Made by a program: the position numbers and the translations under genes. Below are positions 19,514-31,483 of a DNA stretch of 58,853 bases, piece after piece (within the stretch, counting starts at the first letter, position 1; each line of letters opens with the position of its first letter). Source of the stretch: an uncultured Spirochaetota bacterium (GTDB lineage Bacteria > Spirochaetota > Spirochaetia > SZUA-6 > CAVTHK01); assembly GCA_963734495.1 (NCBI GenBank), contig CAVTHK010000018.1:1-58853 (forward strand), read 5' to 3'. The notes under the pieces are model-generated. The model ran no database searches. It was not told the DNA's origin and worked only from the letters and a program-made list of their open reading frames with translations.

Positions 19514-20344
19514 GGATCTACGGAGTCGACTTTACCAGCGCCCCGAGCAGGCGCAAGCCCATCACGTGCGCTCGCGCCCGGACTCGACGCGGGTGTCCTG
19601 CGCATCGAAGGCGTCGAGGCGCTGGAGAGCTGGTCGGATTTCGAGGCGTTTCTCGCGAGGCGCGGACCGTGGGTCGGCGGGTTCGACTTCCCTTTCGGCC
19701 AGCCGCGCCGGCTCATCGAGGCGCTGGGTTGGCCCGCGACGTGGCGAGGCGCCACCGCGGCGGCCGCGCGGCTGGACGCCGCCTCGCTCGCGGCGGCCTT
19801 CGCGCGCTACCGCGCGGGGCGCCGGCCCGGCGACCGGCTCGCCTTTCGGCCCACCGACCGGCTGGCGGGCGCGCGCAGCCCCATGATGATGGTGCGCGTG
19901 CCGGTCGGCCGGATGTGGCTGGCCGGCGCCCCGCGCCTGGCAGCCGCAGGCCTCTCGATCCTCCCCTGCCGTCCCGCGGCAGACCGCCGCGTCGCCCTCG
20001 AAGTCTACCCCGCGCTCGAGGCGCGGGCCCTCATCGGCCGCCGCGGCTACAAGGCCGAGGGCGCCGCGGGGCGGCGCGATCCGGCGCGCGCCGCTGCGCG
20101 CGAGGCGCTGGTGCGTGCGGTGGCGTCGCGCGCCGCGGCCGCGCGCCGCGGCTTCGGCGTGCGGCTGGCCCCCTCGCTGGCCGCGGCCCTCGCCGCCGAC
20201 GCGGCCGGCGACCGGCTGGACGCCGTGCTCGCGGCGGTAGCCGCCGGCCGCGCCTGGCGCTCGCGCCGGCGCGGCTGGGGCATCCCGCCCGAGGCCGACC
20301 CGCTCGAAGGCTGGATCGCGGGCCAGCCTGGGCCGCGCGGTTGA
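19510..20344 (+). CDS. DUF429 (RNase H-like) protein (frameshift ~19590)
   Basis: IYGVDFTSAP, VALEVYPAL, DRLDAVLAA, LEGWI. Confidence 0.75.
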
Positions 20345-20388
20345 CGGAAGCGGCGAGATATGTCAGTATACATGTATACACTAGACAT
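20341..20388 (+). promoter_or_regulatory. Toxin-antitoxin promoter with palindromic operator
   Basis: TTGACG-N17-CAGTAT with TGn; perfect palindrome GTATACATGTATAC at 20366-20379. Confidence 0.7.
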
Positions 20389-20400
20389 GTGGAGGATGCT

Positions 20401-20673
20401 ATGGAGACGGTCAATGCCCTCCAGATCCGCAACCACCTCGGGGAGATCCTCGACCGGCTCGAGAGCACCGGCGAGCCCATCATGATCAGCAAGGGCCGGC
20501 GGGTGCGGGCCGTCCTGGTCAGTCCCGAGGATTTTGGAAGACGTTTTCTCGATCGACAGGCCGAAGATCGCAGGCGCGAGCTCATCGAAAAGATTCGGGC
20601 CGCCAGGGTACCCTCCCGCTCCCGGAGCGACAGCACGGAGATCCTGCGCGGCTTGCGGGGATACGGTGCGTGA
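20401..20673 (+). CDS. Phd/YefM family antitoxin
   Basis: METVNALQIRNHLGEILDRL..TGEPIMISKGRRVRAVLVS; GGAGG RBS. Confidence 0.88.
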   Translation: METVNALQIRNHLGEILDRLESTGEPIMISKGRRVRAVLVSPEDFGRRFLDRQAEDRRRELIEKIRAARVPSRSRSDSTEILRGLRGYGA

Positions 20674-21095
20674 GGTACATAGTCGATGCCTCGGTCGCCG
20701 TGCGGTGGTACCTGGCCGACGAAGCTGCCCCCGCCGCGGACGCCGTTCTTGAGAGGCTTCTGTCGGAGCCTGGGCTGTTCGCTGTTCCCGAACTGTTCTT
20801 CTTCGAAGTTCTGGCGGTGCTGGCTCGAACGCACCCGGACTGCGAGCGGGTCTACGCGGACACGTTCCTTACGGCGACCGAAGGCGGCATGCTCCGTTAC
20901 CCCATGACCGAAACGCTCGCTCGAGGGTGCGCGCCGTTCGTCGCTTCCGGCCTCACCGCGTACGACGCCGCGTACGCGTCGCTCGCGCGGGAGCTCGGCG
21001 GGGTGTGGCTCACGTTCGACCGTGAGGCGCACAGAGCGATCGCCGCCGCCGGCCTTTCGTGCGACCTGCACGAATCTCTGCCGCGGGACTGGTGA
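20670..21095 (+). CDS. vapC: PIN-domain VapC toxin
   Basis: IVDASVAV, PELFFFE, LTAYDAAY, LTFD; GTGA overlap with antitoxin. Confidence 0.88.
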   Translation: MRYIVDASVAVRWYLADEAAPAADAVLERLLSEPGLFAVPELFFFEVLAVLARTHPDCERVYADTFLTATEGGMLRYPMTETLARGCAPFVASGLTAYDAAYASLARELGGVWLTFDREAHRAIAAAGLSCDLHESLPRDW

Positions 21096-21106
21096 GCCAG
21101 CGGCGC

Positions 21107-21640
21107 TCAGCCGCGGACCAGCACCTCGGGCGCGGCGGCGCCGCTCACCACATCGAGCTCGTCCCACATGCCGGCGAGGTCGTGGGAGGAGACGCCGCAG
21201 ACCAGCGCGTATTGTCCCGCCTTGTCCGCGACAAAGCTGAAGTGCTGCGCCGGCTGGCCCTTGGCGATTCCTGTCGCGTAATCGGGCGTTTCGGCCTGGG
21301 GGAACGCCGGGGTAAAGGTCTTCGCCGTGCGCTCGCTCCAGGGCGCGACGAGCACGCTGTGCGGGGTGTCGGAGTCGACGGTCAGGTTCACCGCAACGGT
21401 CCAGCCCTCCGGCACCCGGATGACCAGGTTGCCTTTGGCGTAGCCGTTGAAGTTGAAGCCGGACGCCGTGCTGCCTTCGGCGCCGACGAGGTTGAGGGTG
21501 ACCTGCTTCGCGGCGGGGTCGGACGACATGATGTTGTCCGAGCCCGTGTACGGGACGAGCTTGCCTTTGGAGCCGGCGCAGCCGGCCAGCAGGGCGGCCG
21601 TGAGCGCCAGGGCCGCGGGGATTCCGGATCGTAATGACAT
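21107..21640 (-). CDS. Sulfocyanin-like blue copper lipoprotein
   Basis: LLAGC lipobox; FNFNGY..G...IRVPEGWTV, PHS, C-terminal CGVSSHDLAGMW (C-x4-H-x4-M). Confidence 0.8.
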   Translation of the reverse strand: MSLRSGIPAALALTAALLAGCAGSKGKLVPYTGSDNIMSSDPAAKQVTLNLVGAEGSTASGFNFNGYAKGNLVIRVPEGWTVAVNLTVDSDTPHSVLVAPWSERTAKTFTPAFPQAETPDYATGIAKGQPAQHFSFVADKAGQYALVCGVSSHDLAGMWDELDVVSGAAAPEVLVRG

Positions 21641-21789
21641 AAGCGGCTCCTCGAGAGCACGGGATGGGCCGCGGGCGGTGCGGAGTGGGCCGCACAGTCG
21701 CCTGCGGCCTGTGAGATCAAGCTACTGAACCGAAGGGGCAGTCGTCACCGGGGGGGCGTGGAGCGGCAGGGCCGCGCCGCCGAAGCGCA

Positions 21790-22518
21790 TCACTTCTCGC
21801 AGACGAAGAACAGGCGGCCGACTTCCTTCAACTTGAAATCCCTCTGCGCGTCGTAGGCGCGGATGCTCTTGAAGAGGCTCTTGGCGAGACGCCGCTCGAT
21901 CTCGACCTTGGTGTACGCCTTCTCCATGATGACGACGTCGGTGCGCTCCCACCTGTGCTTCTCGAGGCGGAAGCAGGCGAACGAGAAGCGTCCCTCGTGC
22001 CGCTTGGGGTCATAGGCTTGCTCGACCGCCACCACGTGGTCCCTGGCGGTGATGCTCGTCGTCCCGTGCCAGCGCGCTTTGAAGCCGTCCTCCGTGTTGA
22101 CGTCGAAGACGAAGAGCCCGCCGCCGCGCAGGGCGCCGTAGACGTTGTTGAAGACGTTCGTGAGCTCCTGGGCGCTCATCACGTGATTGATGCTGTCGAA
22201 GGTGCAGAGGACCGCGTGGAACATGTTGATGATCTTGAAGTCGCGCATGTCGCGGCAAAGGAACGTCGCCTCGGGCGCGTTCTTCTGGGCGTGCTCCAGC
22301 ATCCGGCGCGATCCGTCGAGCCCGGTCACCTTGTAGCCCTCGTGGGCGAGCCACTGCGCGATCCGGCCCGTGCCGCAGGCGAGGTCGAGCACCGACCGCT
22401 CGCGGCCGACGCGCGCCGCGAACAGGTCGCGGAGCACACGCTCGTAGGTCGTGAGAAAGTGCTCGCCCCAGTAGCGGTCGTAGAGCCAGGCAAAGTCGTC
22501 GTAGGTGGTGTAGCTCAC
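21790..22518 (-). CDS. Class I SAM-dependent methyltransferase
   Basis: YDDFAWLYD, VLDLACGTG, DMRDF, FDSINH. Confidence 0.9.
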   Translation of the reverse strand: MSYTTYDDFAWLYDRYWGEHFLTTYERVLRDLFAARVGRERSVLDLACGTGRIAQWLAHEGYKVTGLDGSRRMLEHAQKNAPEATFLCRDMRDFKIINMFHAVLCTFDSINHVMSAQELTNVFNNVYGALRGGGLFVFDVNTEDGFKARWHGTTSITARDHVVAVEQAYDPKRHEGRFSFACFRLEKHRWERTDVVIMEKAYTKVEIERRLAKSLFKSIRAYDAQRDFKLKEVGRLFFVCEK

Positions 22519-22640
22519 GCTGAAGGGCCCCCCGGCGTCTGCGCCCCGCCGCATGCGGTGTCCGTGCGGCCCGCAGTATATCCCGGGGGGGCCCGATGTT
22601 CCACGGCGGCTGCGCGGCGAAGCGTGGCGAGCGCGGCCGG

Positions 22641-23174
22641 TCAGCGGGGAGGGCGGCGCGGCCCGACGGTCGCCCATTCGCGATCGACAAAGTCCGGCAC
22701 CACTCCGTTGCGCGCCCGTTCACTCGCCCAGTCGATCAGGCTCCGCGCCGTATCGCTGCCCAGACGGACGGGATCGGGGCGAATGCCCACCCTCGCCAGG
22801 TCCAGCCTGTCCGCGTCCCAGCAGGCCTGGATCGTGACGTCCGGATGCCACCGGCCGATGGTGTGTCCCGCGCACGCCCCGTACAGGAGGGAGAAGGCAT
22901 CGTCGTTCAGGCCGAAGTAGCTTCCGCGCCAGCGCAGTGCGAGCTCCGCGCCGCGGCCTCCGTGGTCGTCGTCGGACCCGTCGTTGCGGCGGCAGGCGTC
23001 GTGGAAGAGCGCGAACAGCAGAAGCACTCCCGGGTCGGCGCCGGTCCCTGCGGCCAGCCTGACCCCGTTCGAGTAGACGCGCGCCCAGTGGCCGATCCCG
23101 TGGGTGCCGCGCCAGGACAGAACGTACTGGTCGCGGACGGCCTGAAGCAGCCGCTTCACTTCCGGCGCTGTCAC
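22641..23174 (-). CDS. HD domain protein
   Basis: HGIGHWARV, LFHDACR, CWDADRLDL. Confidence 0.85.
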   Translation of the reverse strand: MTAPEVKRLLQAVRDQYVLSWRGTHGIGHWARVYSNGVRLAAGTGADPGVLLLFALFHDACRRNDGSDDDHGGRGAELALRWRGSYFGLNDDAFSLLYGACAGHTIGRWHPDVTIQACWDADRLDLARVGIRPDPVRLGSDTARSLIDWASERARNGVVPDFVDREWATVGPRRPPR

Positions 23175-23182
23175 CGCAAGCG

Positions 23183-24091
23183 TCAGCGGCCTCGGGAGTC
23201 GACTGCAGCTTCTGCCGCGGCTGCCCGTTCGCTGCGGGGGCAATCCGCGCCGCCGTCGCGGCCTTCCGCGCCCCAGAGCCTGAGGCGTGATTCGATGAAG
23301 CGGACGGTCTCCAGGTGCTGCTCCTTGCCGCGGCCGACTACCGCCATCGGCCGGCCGAACTCGAAGTGGACCGTGCGCTCCGGCCTGATGGGGCCGAATC
23401 CGCGGAAGAGGCCTTCTTCACCCCAGAAGTCGCTCTTGATGGCGATCGGCAGAGCGGGGACGCCCGCCTTTGCCGCCAGCTTGGTCCCCAGCGTGTTGAA
23501 GCCTTCGGGCCGGAAGACGGGGCTCCGCGTGCTCTGAGGGAACACGATGATCGAGATCCCCCGGCGCAGCCGCTCGAGGCCTCCCTCGAGAACAGCGTCG
23601 AGGTCCTCCCGCGGGCTCCTGCGGCCGACGGCTATGGGGTCGCGCGAGCGGAGGACCGGTCCGAAGATCTTTCCCTTCACGAGGCTTTCCTTGACCACGA
23701 AGGTCACCGGCATGAAAGGCACGACGAGCACCGGCAGTATCTGGGTCTCGAGGGTGCTCATGTGGTTCGCGACAAAGACAAACGGCCCGGACCCGGCCGA
23801 GCTGCGCAGGTTGTCGAGCCCGCTCACGGCGAACCGGCCGCGGTGCCGCTCGATCAGTCGCGCGATGCTCAGGGAGCTCGCGGCCCAGGCCTGGTCGTCA
23901 TAGCGGCCCTGCACGGCGAGCTTCCGCGCGGCGAAGACGATGCCTATGTACTCGGTGTAGAAGGCCCAGCGCCATCCGCCGAGAAGCCGCGCAAGGATCG
24001 AGATGGGAGCTCCGGCCGGGGTGACGTAGCTGTCTCCGGAAAACCAGGGCGCGGGCCGAGGTTCTCTCGCGGGATCGCGGGACGGAATCAT
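23183..24091 (-). CDS. 1-acyl-sn-glycerol-3-phosphate acyltransferase family
   Basis: ANHMSTLE, FVVKESL, VFPQSTR. Confidence 0.88.
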   Translation of the reverse strand: MIPSRDPAREPRPAPWFSGDSYVTPAGAPISILARLLGGWRWAFYTEYIGIVFAARKLAVQGRYDDQAWAASSLSIARLIERHRGRFAVSGLDNLRSSAGSGPFVFVANHMSTLETQILPVLVVPFMPVTFVVKESLVKGKIFGPVLRSRDPIAVGRRSPREDLDAVLEGGLERLRRGISIIVFPQSTRSPVFRPEGFNTLGTKLAAKAGVPALPIAIKSDFWGEEGLFRGFGPIRPERTVHFEFGRPMAVVGRGKEQHLETVRFIESRLRLWGAEGRDGGADCPRSERAAAAEAAVDSRGR

Positions 24092-24152
24092 CGGAACAAC
24101 CTCCTCTTTGCGCGGATGCCGGCCCCTGCAGATTCGCACCCGGGGTCGATCT

Positions 24153-25323
24153 CTATTCGACCACGACGAGCCCGGTGCGGTTGCGCTCGATCAGCTCCCA
24201 GTTGTACGCGACCCCGAGGCCGGGCCCTTCCGGCACGTCCACGCAGCCCTGGGAGTCGATCGCGTCGAGTGAGTCGTCGTAGCCGTCGACGTACAGGTCC
24301 GCGTTCGTCGAAGGGACCTTGGGGTGGACGAGGGCCATCTCATAGTAGTTGGAGTTGCGCAGGCTCGCCATCAGGTGGCGCTGCGCAGGGCCGGGCGCGT
24401 GGATCTCGGCGTCGACGCCGAAGCCTTCGGCGATGTGCGCGATCTTGAGGGCGCCGGTGATGCCGCAGTCGTAGGTCGGGTCCACGCGGAGGAAGTCCGT
24501 CGCCTCGGCGATGAGGAAATCGGCCTTGGGCTCGACGTTGCGCACGTGCTCGCACTGCAGGATCGGCGTGCGGATGAGCTGGCGCAGCTTGCGGTGGGCG
24601 TACTGCGAGACGCCGCCGTCCTTGAACGGGTCCTCCAGCCAGAGGAAGCCGGCCTGGTCGCAGGCGCGGCCGACCTTGAGCGCGTCGGCGAACGTGTTGT
24701 ACTCGCACGCGGGGTCGATCATCAGGTCCATGCGGCCGCCCACCCGGCGGCCGACCTCGAGCACCGTGGCGACCTCCTGCGCGATCGGGGCGTCGCCCCA
24801 GCCGTGGATCTTGAACGCGGGGTAGCCCATTGCGAGGCACTGCTTCCGCGAAATCGGCGTACGCGCCGGGGCTGCTCAGGCCGTCGGGCTGGTGGTCGCC
24901 GTGGTAGGTGCTGGCGTACGCGGGCAGCTTTCGACGCCACCCGCCGAGCAGCTGGTAGATGGGCGCCTCGTACCAGCGGCCCGCGATGTCCCACAGGGCG
25001 ATGTCCACCATCCCCAGGCTCATCTTGTCGTACTTGCGGAGGGCGCGCTTGACGTCGTTGTAGATCTTCTCGCGCTCGAGCGCGTTGCGCCCGATCAGGT
25101 AGCTCGCGTACAGCCGGATCTCGCCGGCCTCCGAGGGCCCGCCGCCGACAAAGGCGCCGCTGACCCCGGCGTCGGTGTGGATGCGCAGCGCGTACCGGGT
25201 CCGCTTCGCCCTCGCCCCCGGCTCGTAGACGGAGTTGAAGCCATTGTAGTCGGTGCCGAGGTTGCTCACCTCGTGCCAGAACTCGTGGATCTCGAGCCTG
25301 GTGATGACCGGCGCCTTGCCCAC
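24153..25323 (-). CDS. Mandelate racemase/muconate lactonizing enzyme family (frameshift ~24840)
   Basis: VDIALWDIAG, FKIHGW, WLEDP, EIHAPG, PEGPGLGV. Confidence 0.88.
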
Positions 25324-25507
25324 CTCGCGACCTCCCCGCGGCCGCACCCGCCGGGCGGACCCCGCTCAGCAGGGCCCGTCCGGCGGCGTCGCCGGGCAAG
25401 AAGCGTCCGGCGGGGCCGCTCCCGCATTATCGCCGCGGGCGAGCGGCAGGGCAAACCCCCGGGCCAAACCGGGCCAAACCGCCGCAAAACCCCCGGCCGG
25501 GGCCGGC

Positions 25508-25939
25508 TCACGACGCTTCGAGCAGCTTCTTCATGGTCTCGAGAACCTGGCTCCAGTTCTTCTCGGAGTGTTCCCGCGATTTCTCGTCGCCCGCGTTGTC
25601 CTGCGTGAGGACGAGGCGCGTGCCGCCCTCCGCCGGGGAGAGCTCGAAGGTCACCCTGGAGTAGTTCTCGGGCCGGTCTTCCTTTCCGGACATGCTGCTC
25701 CAGTAGGTGTACTCGAGAACGCGTCGCGGCACCAACCGCAGGATCTCGCCCTTGTCCTCGTACTTCCTGCCTTCCCACTCGCCTCTGAAGAAGATGGGGC
25801 TGCCCACCTTCCAGTCGGAGGCGGTCTCGGTGCCGAACAGGTACTTCTTGATCTGCGCGGGGTCGGTAAGCGCGTTCCACACCTTGGCGGCGTCCGCGCC
25901 GATCGTGATGCGCGCTGTCGCGACGAGCGATGGATTCAT
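25508..25939 (-). CDS. SRPBCC/AHSA1 family protein
   Basis: KVWNALTDP, DWKVGSPI, NWSQVLETMKKLLE. Confidence 0.88.
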   Translation of the reverse strand: MNPSLVATARITIGADAAKVWNALTDPAQIKKYLFGTETASDWKVGSPIFFRGEWEGRKYEDKGEILRLVPRRVLEYTYWSSMSGKEDRPENYSRVTFELSPAEGGTRLVLTQDNAGDEKSREHSEKNWSQVLETMKKLLEAS

Positions 25940-26098
25940 GGCGTTCCTCCGTGACCAGGAATGTCGAGAATAGTCACTCAGGCCGCCCGCCGGCTACCAA
26001 CGGGCGGCGCGGCGACCGGCGGCGAAGGCGGCCGACCCGACTTGACCGAGCGCGTGCCATTTGCCTCGCGCGCGCGTGGCGACTATACTAGGCTTGTC

Positions 26099-26257
26099 AT
26101 GGCAGACCAGATCCCCCCCGTCGAAAGCGTGCCCGTCGTGATGCCCGACCAGGCGGTCGCGGCGCAGACGCAGCCGCCCCAGGCGCCTCCGCGTGAGCCT
26201 GAGCGCCAGGTCATCACCGACCAGTCCGTCGGACAGAACATAGACGTCACCGCCTGA
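26099..26257 (+). CDS. Small Pro/Gln-rich protein ending GQNIDVTA
   Basis: 52-aa ORF preceded by TTGCCT-N17-TATACT; C-terminal G-x-N-I-D motif. Confidence 0.65.
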   Translation: MADQIPPVESVPVVMPDQAVAAQTQPPQAPPREPERQVITDQSVGQNIDVTA

Positions 26258-26341
26258 CCCTGGCCCCGCGCTGCTTGCTCCCACCTGCCGCTTTCGGGTA
26301 GCGTGCGCACCGTCGGCGCCGCGGGGCGCCCGGGAGGCGGC

Positions 26342-27403
26342 ATGAGTCGGCTGGTCGTGCTCGGAGCGGGGGTCATGGGCACCGCGTTCACGGTCCCCGC
26401 AGCCGACAACGGGCACGACGTGGCGCTCGTCGGCACTCACCTGGACACCGACATCATCGCCGCGCTCCGCGCGGGCCGGCCGCACCCGCGGCTCGGGGTG
26501 GCCACGCACGCGCGAGTGAGCGCGTACACGCAGGACGGCCTCGCGCACGCGCTCGACGGCGCGGACGTCGTCGTGCTCGGCGTGAGCTCGCCCGGCATCC
26601 CGTGGGCGGCCGCCAGGCTCGCCCCGCTGCTGCGCCCCCGCGTTCCGGTCGTAGCCCTCACCAAGGGAATGGCGGTCGAGGACGGGACGCTGCGCATCCT
26701 CCCCGAGGCGCTGCTCGCCCTTCTGCCCGCCGGCCTCCGCGCCTCAGTCCCGGTCGCCGCCATCGGCGGCCCGTGCATCGCGGCCGAGCTCGCGGTCCGC
26801 CGCCAGACCGCCGTCACCCTCGCGAGCGCCGATCGCGCGCTCGCGGACCGGGTGGCCGCCATGCTCGCCACTGGCTACTACCATGTGCACCCGAGCTCCG
26901 ACCTCGCGGGCCTGGAGATCTGCGCGGCCTTCAAGAACTTCTACGCGATCGGCGTCGGTGCCTCGAAGGGATTTCAAGACGAGGCGCCCGCGGCCGCCAA
27001 CGCCGCTGCGATGCACAACCCTGCGGCCGCCCTGTTTGCCCAGGCGCTCGCGGAGCTCGCCCACGTCGTCGAGCGGCTCGGCGGTCGCGCGGCGAGCGCG
27101 TGGGGACTGCCGGGGGCGGGCGATCTCTACGTGACGGTCCAGTCAGGGCGCAACGCGCGCCTCGGGCGCTGGCTCGGCCTCGGCTCGACGTACGCCGAGG
27201 CGAGGAACCGGCACATGGCGGGCGAGACGGTCGAGGGCGCGGAGCTCGCGCTCGCGGCGGGCCCCACGCTCCGCGCCCTGATGCAGCGGGGCGCCCTCGA
27301 CGCGGCGCGGCTGCCCCTGATGCGCGCGATCCTCGCCGCGGTCTGCGACGGCGCGCCGTTCGAGCCGCCGTGGGCCGCGCTTTCGGGTGCCGCCGCTCCC
27401 TAG
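26342..27403 (+). CDS. gpsA: NAD(P)H-dependent glycerol-3-phosphate dehydrogenase family
   Basis: LGAGVMG, LTKG, GGPCIAAE, AAFKNFYAI, GDLYVT..GRN, ETVEG. Confidence 0.8.
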   Translation: MSRLVVLGAGVMGTAFTVPAADNGHDVALVGTHLDTDIIAALRAGRPHPRLGVATHARVSAYTQDGLAHALDGADVVVLGVSSPGIPWAAARLAPLLRPRVPVVALTKGMAVEDGTLRILPEALLALLPAGLRASVPVAAIGGPCIAAELAVRRQTAVTLASADRALADRVAAMLATGYYHVHPSSDLAGLEICAAFKNFYAIGVGASKGFQDEAPAAANAAAMHNPAAALFAQALAELAHVVERLGGRAASAWGLPGAGDLYVTVQSGRNARLGRWLGLGSTYAEARNRHMAGETVEGAELALAAGPTLRALMQRGALDAARLPLMRAILAAVCDGAPFEPPWAALSGAAAP

Positions 27404-27472
27404 CCGCCGGCGGTATATTGCCCATGCGCGCGACGCCAGCGGCCCGGGCGGCGAGCGCGCGGGAGGCAAGCG

Positions 27473-28495
27473 GTGGCGGGCGACAACGGAAAGAGGGCGG
27501 GCCTGCAGGTCATCTTCGGGAGCGGCCCCGTGGGCGTCGCGGCCGCGAGGCACCTGCTCGAAAAGGGCCTCGCCGTGCGGATGGTCAACCGGAGCGGCAG
27601 GCGCCCCGCGGACCTCGCGGAGTCGCCCGCAGAGCGCCTTGAGATGCGCGCCGCCGACGCGCTCGACCCCCGGGCCGCCATCGAAGCGAGCGCGGGGGCG
27701 ACGCACATCTACAACTGCGCTCACGCGCCGTACAACGAGTTCGAGCGCAGGCTTCCCCCGCTGCACGCGGGCATCCGGGCGGCTGCGCGGGAGCACAACG
27801 CCGTCCTCGCGGTCCCGCAGAACCTCTACATGTACGCGCGGGGCGTGCCCGTCATCAACGAGACGACCGCCCTCGAGCCGCCGTCGCGCAAGGGCCGCGT
27901 GATCCTGAGCGTGCACCGTGAGCTGGTCGAGGACGGCGAGCGGAGCGGGCTCGCGTGGGTCGTCGTGCGCGCCTCCGACTACTACGGCCCCGGCTCGACG
28001 GGGCAGAGCGTGTTCGGCGCCGACCGCTTCCTCGACCCGCTGTACGCGGGCAAGCGGCCGGCCCTGCTCGGCGACCCGGACCTGCCGCACACCTACACCT
28101 ACATCGAGGACTACGGCGCGGCTCTGGCCGTCGCGGCTCTGACCCCCGAAGCCCACGGCCGGGCGTGGATCGTGCCCAACGACAGGACGCTCACGAGCCG
28201 TGAAGTCGCGAAGCTCTTTTTCGCGGCGGCGGGCCGCGGCACCGACGTGGGGAGGATCCCGCGCCTGGCGGTTGCGGCGGCCGGCCTCTTCAACCCCGTC
28301 ATCCGCGAAGTCGTCGAGATGCTGTATCAGAAAGAGGAGCCGTACGTCGTGGACGGAAGCCTCTTCCGCTCGCGCTTCGCCTTCGAGCCGACCCCGCTCG
28401 AGGAGGGCATCCGCCGCACTTTCGCCTGGTACGAGGCGCGGCGCGAGCGCCTCGGGCGCCCCTTGGCCCGCTCCGCGTCAGCCGCCGCCCGCTGA
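27473..28495 (+). CDS. NAD-dependent epimerase/dehydratase family
   Basis: [25 protein letters not shown]. Confidence 0.88.
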   Translation: MAGDNGKRAGLQVIFGSGPVGVAAARHLLEKGLAVRMVNRSGRRPADLAESPAERLEMRAADALDPRAAIEASAGATHIYNCAHAPYNEFERRLPPLHAGIRAAAREHNAVLAVPQNLYMYARGVPVINETTALEPPSRKGRVILSVHRELVEDGERSGLAWVVVRASDYYGPGSTGQSVFGADRFLDPLYAGKRPALLGDPDLPHTYTYIEDYGAALAVAALTPEAHGRAWIVPNDRTLTSREVAKLFFAAAGRGTDVGRIPRLAVAAAGLFNPVIREVVEMLYQKEEPYVVDGSLFRSRFAFEPTPLEEGIRRTFAWYEARRERLGRPLARSASAAAR

Positions 28496-29534
28496 GCCCG
28501 CCGGGCCGGACTTCTCCAGCTCCTGCCACAGGTGGCAGGCGACGCCATGACCCTGCGCCGCTTCGACGAACGCGGGCTCCTCGGTCCGGCAGATCTCGCG
28601 CGCGTGAGCGCAGCGCGGGTGGAAGCGGCACCCCCTGGGCGGATCGACCGGGCTCGGCACGTCGCCCTGCAGGATGATGCGCCTCCGGCTCGCCTCGACC
28701 GCGGGGTCCGGCACCGGGACGGCCGAGAGGAGCGCGCGCGTGTAGGGGTGAAGCGGACGCGCGTACAGCTCCTCGACGCCCGCGACTTCGACGAGCCTGC
28801 CCACGTACATGACGGCGACCCGGTCGGAGACGTGGCGGACCACCGACAGGTCGTGGGCGATGAAGATGTAGGTCAGCCCCAGGCGGCTCTGCAGGTCCTC
28901 GAGCAGGTTCAGGACCTGGGCCTGGATGCTCACGTCGAGAGCGGAGACGGGCTCGTCGCAGACGATGAACTCGGGGCTCACGGCGAGCGCCCGGGCTATG
29001 CCGATGCGCTGGCGCTGGCCGCCGCTGAACTCGTGCGGGTAGCGGTCGGCGAACCTCTCGTTCAGCCCGACGAGGCCGAGCAGCTCGCGCACGCGCTCCT
29101 TGCGTGCGGAGCCCGAGGCCAGCCGGTGGATCGCCAGCGCCTCCCCCACGATGTCGCCGACCGTCATGCGCGGGTTCAGGCTCGCGTAGGGATCCTGGAA
29201 GATCATCTGGAGCGAGCGTCGGAGGCCGTCGCAGTTCGCGCCCGCCCGCGTGCGCCAGGTCGCGGCCCTTGAAGACGACGCGGCCCGAAGTCGGCTGGTA
29301 CAGGCGCACGATGGCGCGGCCGGTCGTGCTCTTGCCGCATCCGCTCTCGCCGACCAGGCCGAACGTCTCGCCCTTGCGGACCGCGAACGTGACGCCGTCG
29401 ACGGCCCGCACGACGCCGACCTGCCGCAGGAGCACGCCCTTGCGGATCGGGAAGTGCATGGAAAGCTGCTCGACGCTCAGGAGGACGTCATCGGCCGCCG
29501 CGGCTGAGACGGGGCGCTTGTCGGGAGCCTTCAT
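28478..29534 (-). CDS. Peptide ABC transporter ATP-binding protein, OppF/DppF-type (frameshift ~29220)
   Basis: [44 protein letters not shown]. Confidence 0.9.
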
Positions 29535-29549
29535 CTTGCGCTCCTGTCT

Positions 29550-30515
<966 letters not shown>

Positions 30516-30529
30516 GGGGTCTCCAGCGC

Positions 30530-31482
30530 CTACCGGTAGTGGATGCGCGGGTCGAGCCACGCGTAGGCGATGTCGGTGAGCAGGTTGGCGAGCAGCACCG
30601 GCCGAGGCCAGCAGCAGGACGACGGCCTGGACCACGGGGAAATCCCTGGTGAAGATGCTGTCCGCCGCCAGGCGCCCGACCCCGGGGATCGAGAAGATGC
30701 TCTCGGTGATCACGGCACCGCCCGATGAGCGCGCCGACCTGCAGCCCGATGACGGTGACCACGGGCAGGAGCGCGTTCTTGAGGGCGTGGCGCACGACCA
30801 CGACCCGCTCGAGCAGGCCCTTGGACCTCGCGGTCACCACGTACTCCTGGCGGAGCACCTCGAGCATCGCCGACCGCGTCTGGCGCATCAGCACGGCCGC
30901 GGCCCCGCCCGCGATCGTGATGGTCGGCATGATCATGAGCCGGAGGTTCTGGAGAAGGTTCTCGGTCGGGGGCACGTAGCCGGAAGGGGGCAGCCAGCCG
31001 AGCCCCAGGGAGAAGCCCATGATCAGCAGCAGCCCGAGCCAGAAGTGCGGGACACAGGCGGCGACCATCGAGACGATCGTCACCCCGACGTCCGTCTTCG
31101 AGTTCGGTTTCAGGGCGGAGACCATGCCCAGCGGGATCGCGACCAGCACCGAGACGAGCAGGCCCATGATTCCGAGCTGCAGGGTCGGAGCAACCCGCTG
31201 GAGCAGCAGCCTCGCCACCGGGATCTTGGCGCGCGTGGACGTCCCGAGGTCGCCCCGCAGGACACGCCCCGCCCAGTCCAGGTACTGGACGACCAGCGGG
31301 CGATTCAGCCCGAGCTCGGAGCGCATCTGCTGGTAGAGCACCTGGTCGCGCGCCAGCTCCTCCCCGAGGATCGCGAGGGCGGGGTCTCCCGGCAGGACAA
31401 AGATCAGCGCGAACGCGAAGATGCTCACGAGCACCAGCACGGGGATCATCTGAAGCGCGCGGCGCAGGATGTAGGTGCTCAC
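30530..31482 (-). CDS. Peptide ABC transporter permease, OppB/DppB-type (frameshifts near 3' end)
   Basis: YILRR, LPGDPA, YVVTARSKGL, HALKNALLPV, LDPRI. Confidence 0.88.
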
Positions 31483-31483
31483 T

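Noticed and set aside
17610-20673. Apparent fusions AKR-Aat and Aat-DUF429-antitoxin in the ORF track
   Set aside because: Produced by frameshifts joining separate genes; the antitoxin has its own promoter and RBS
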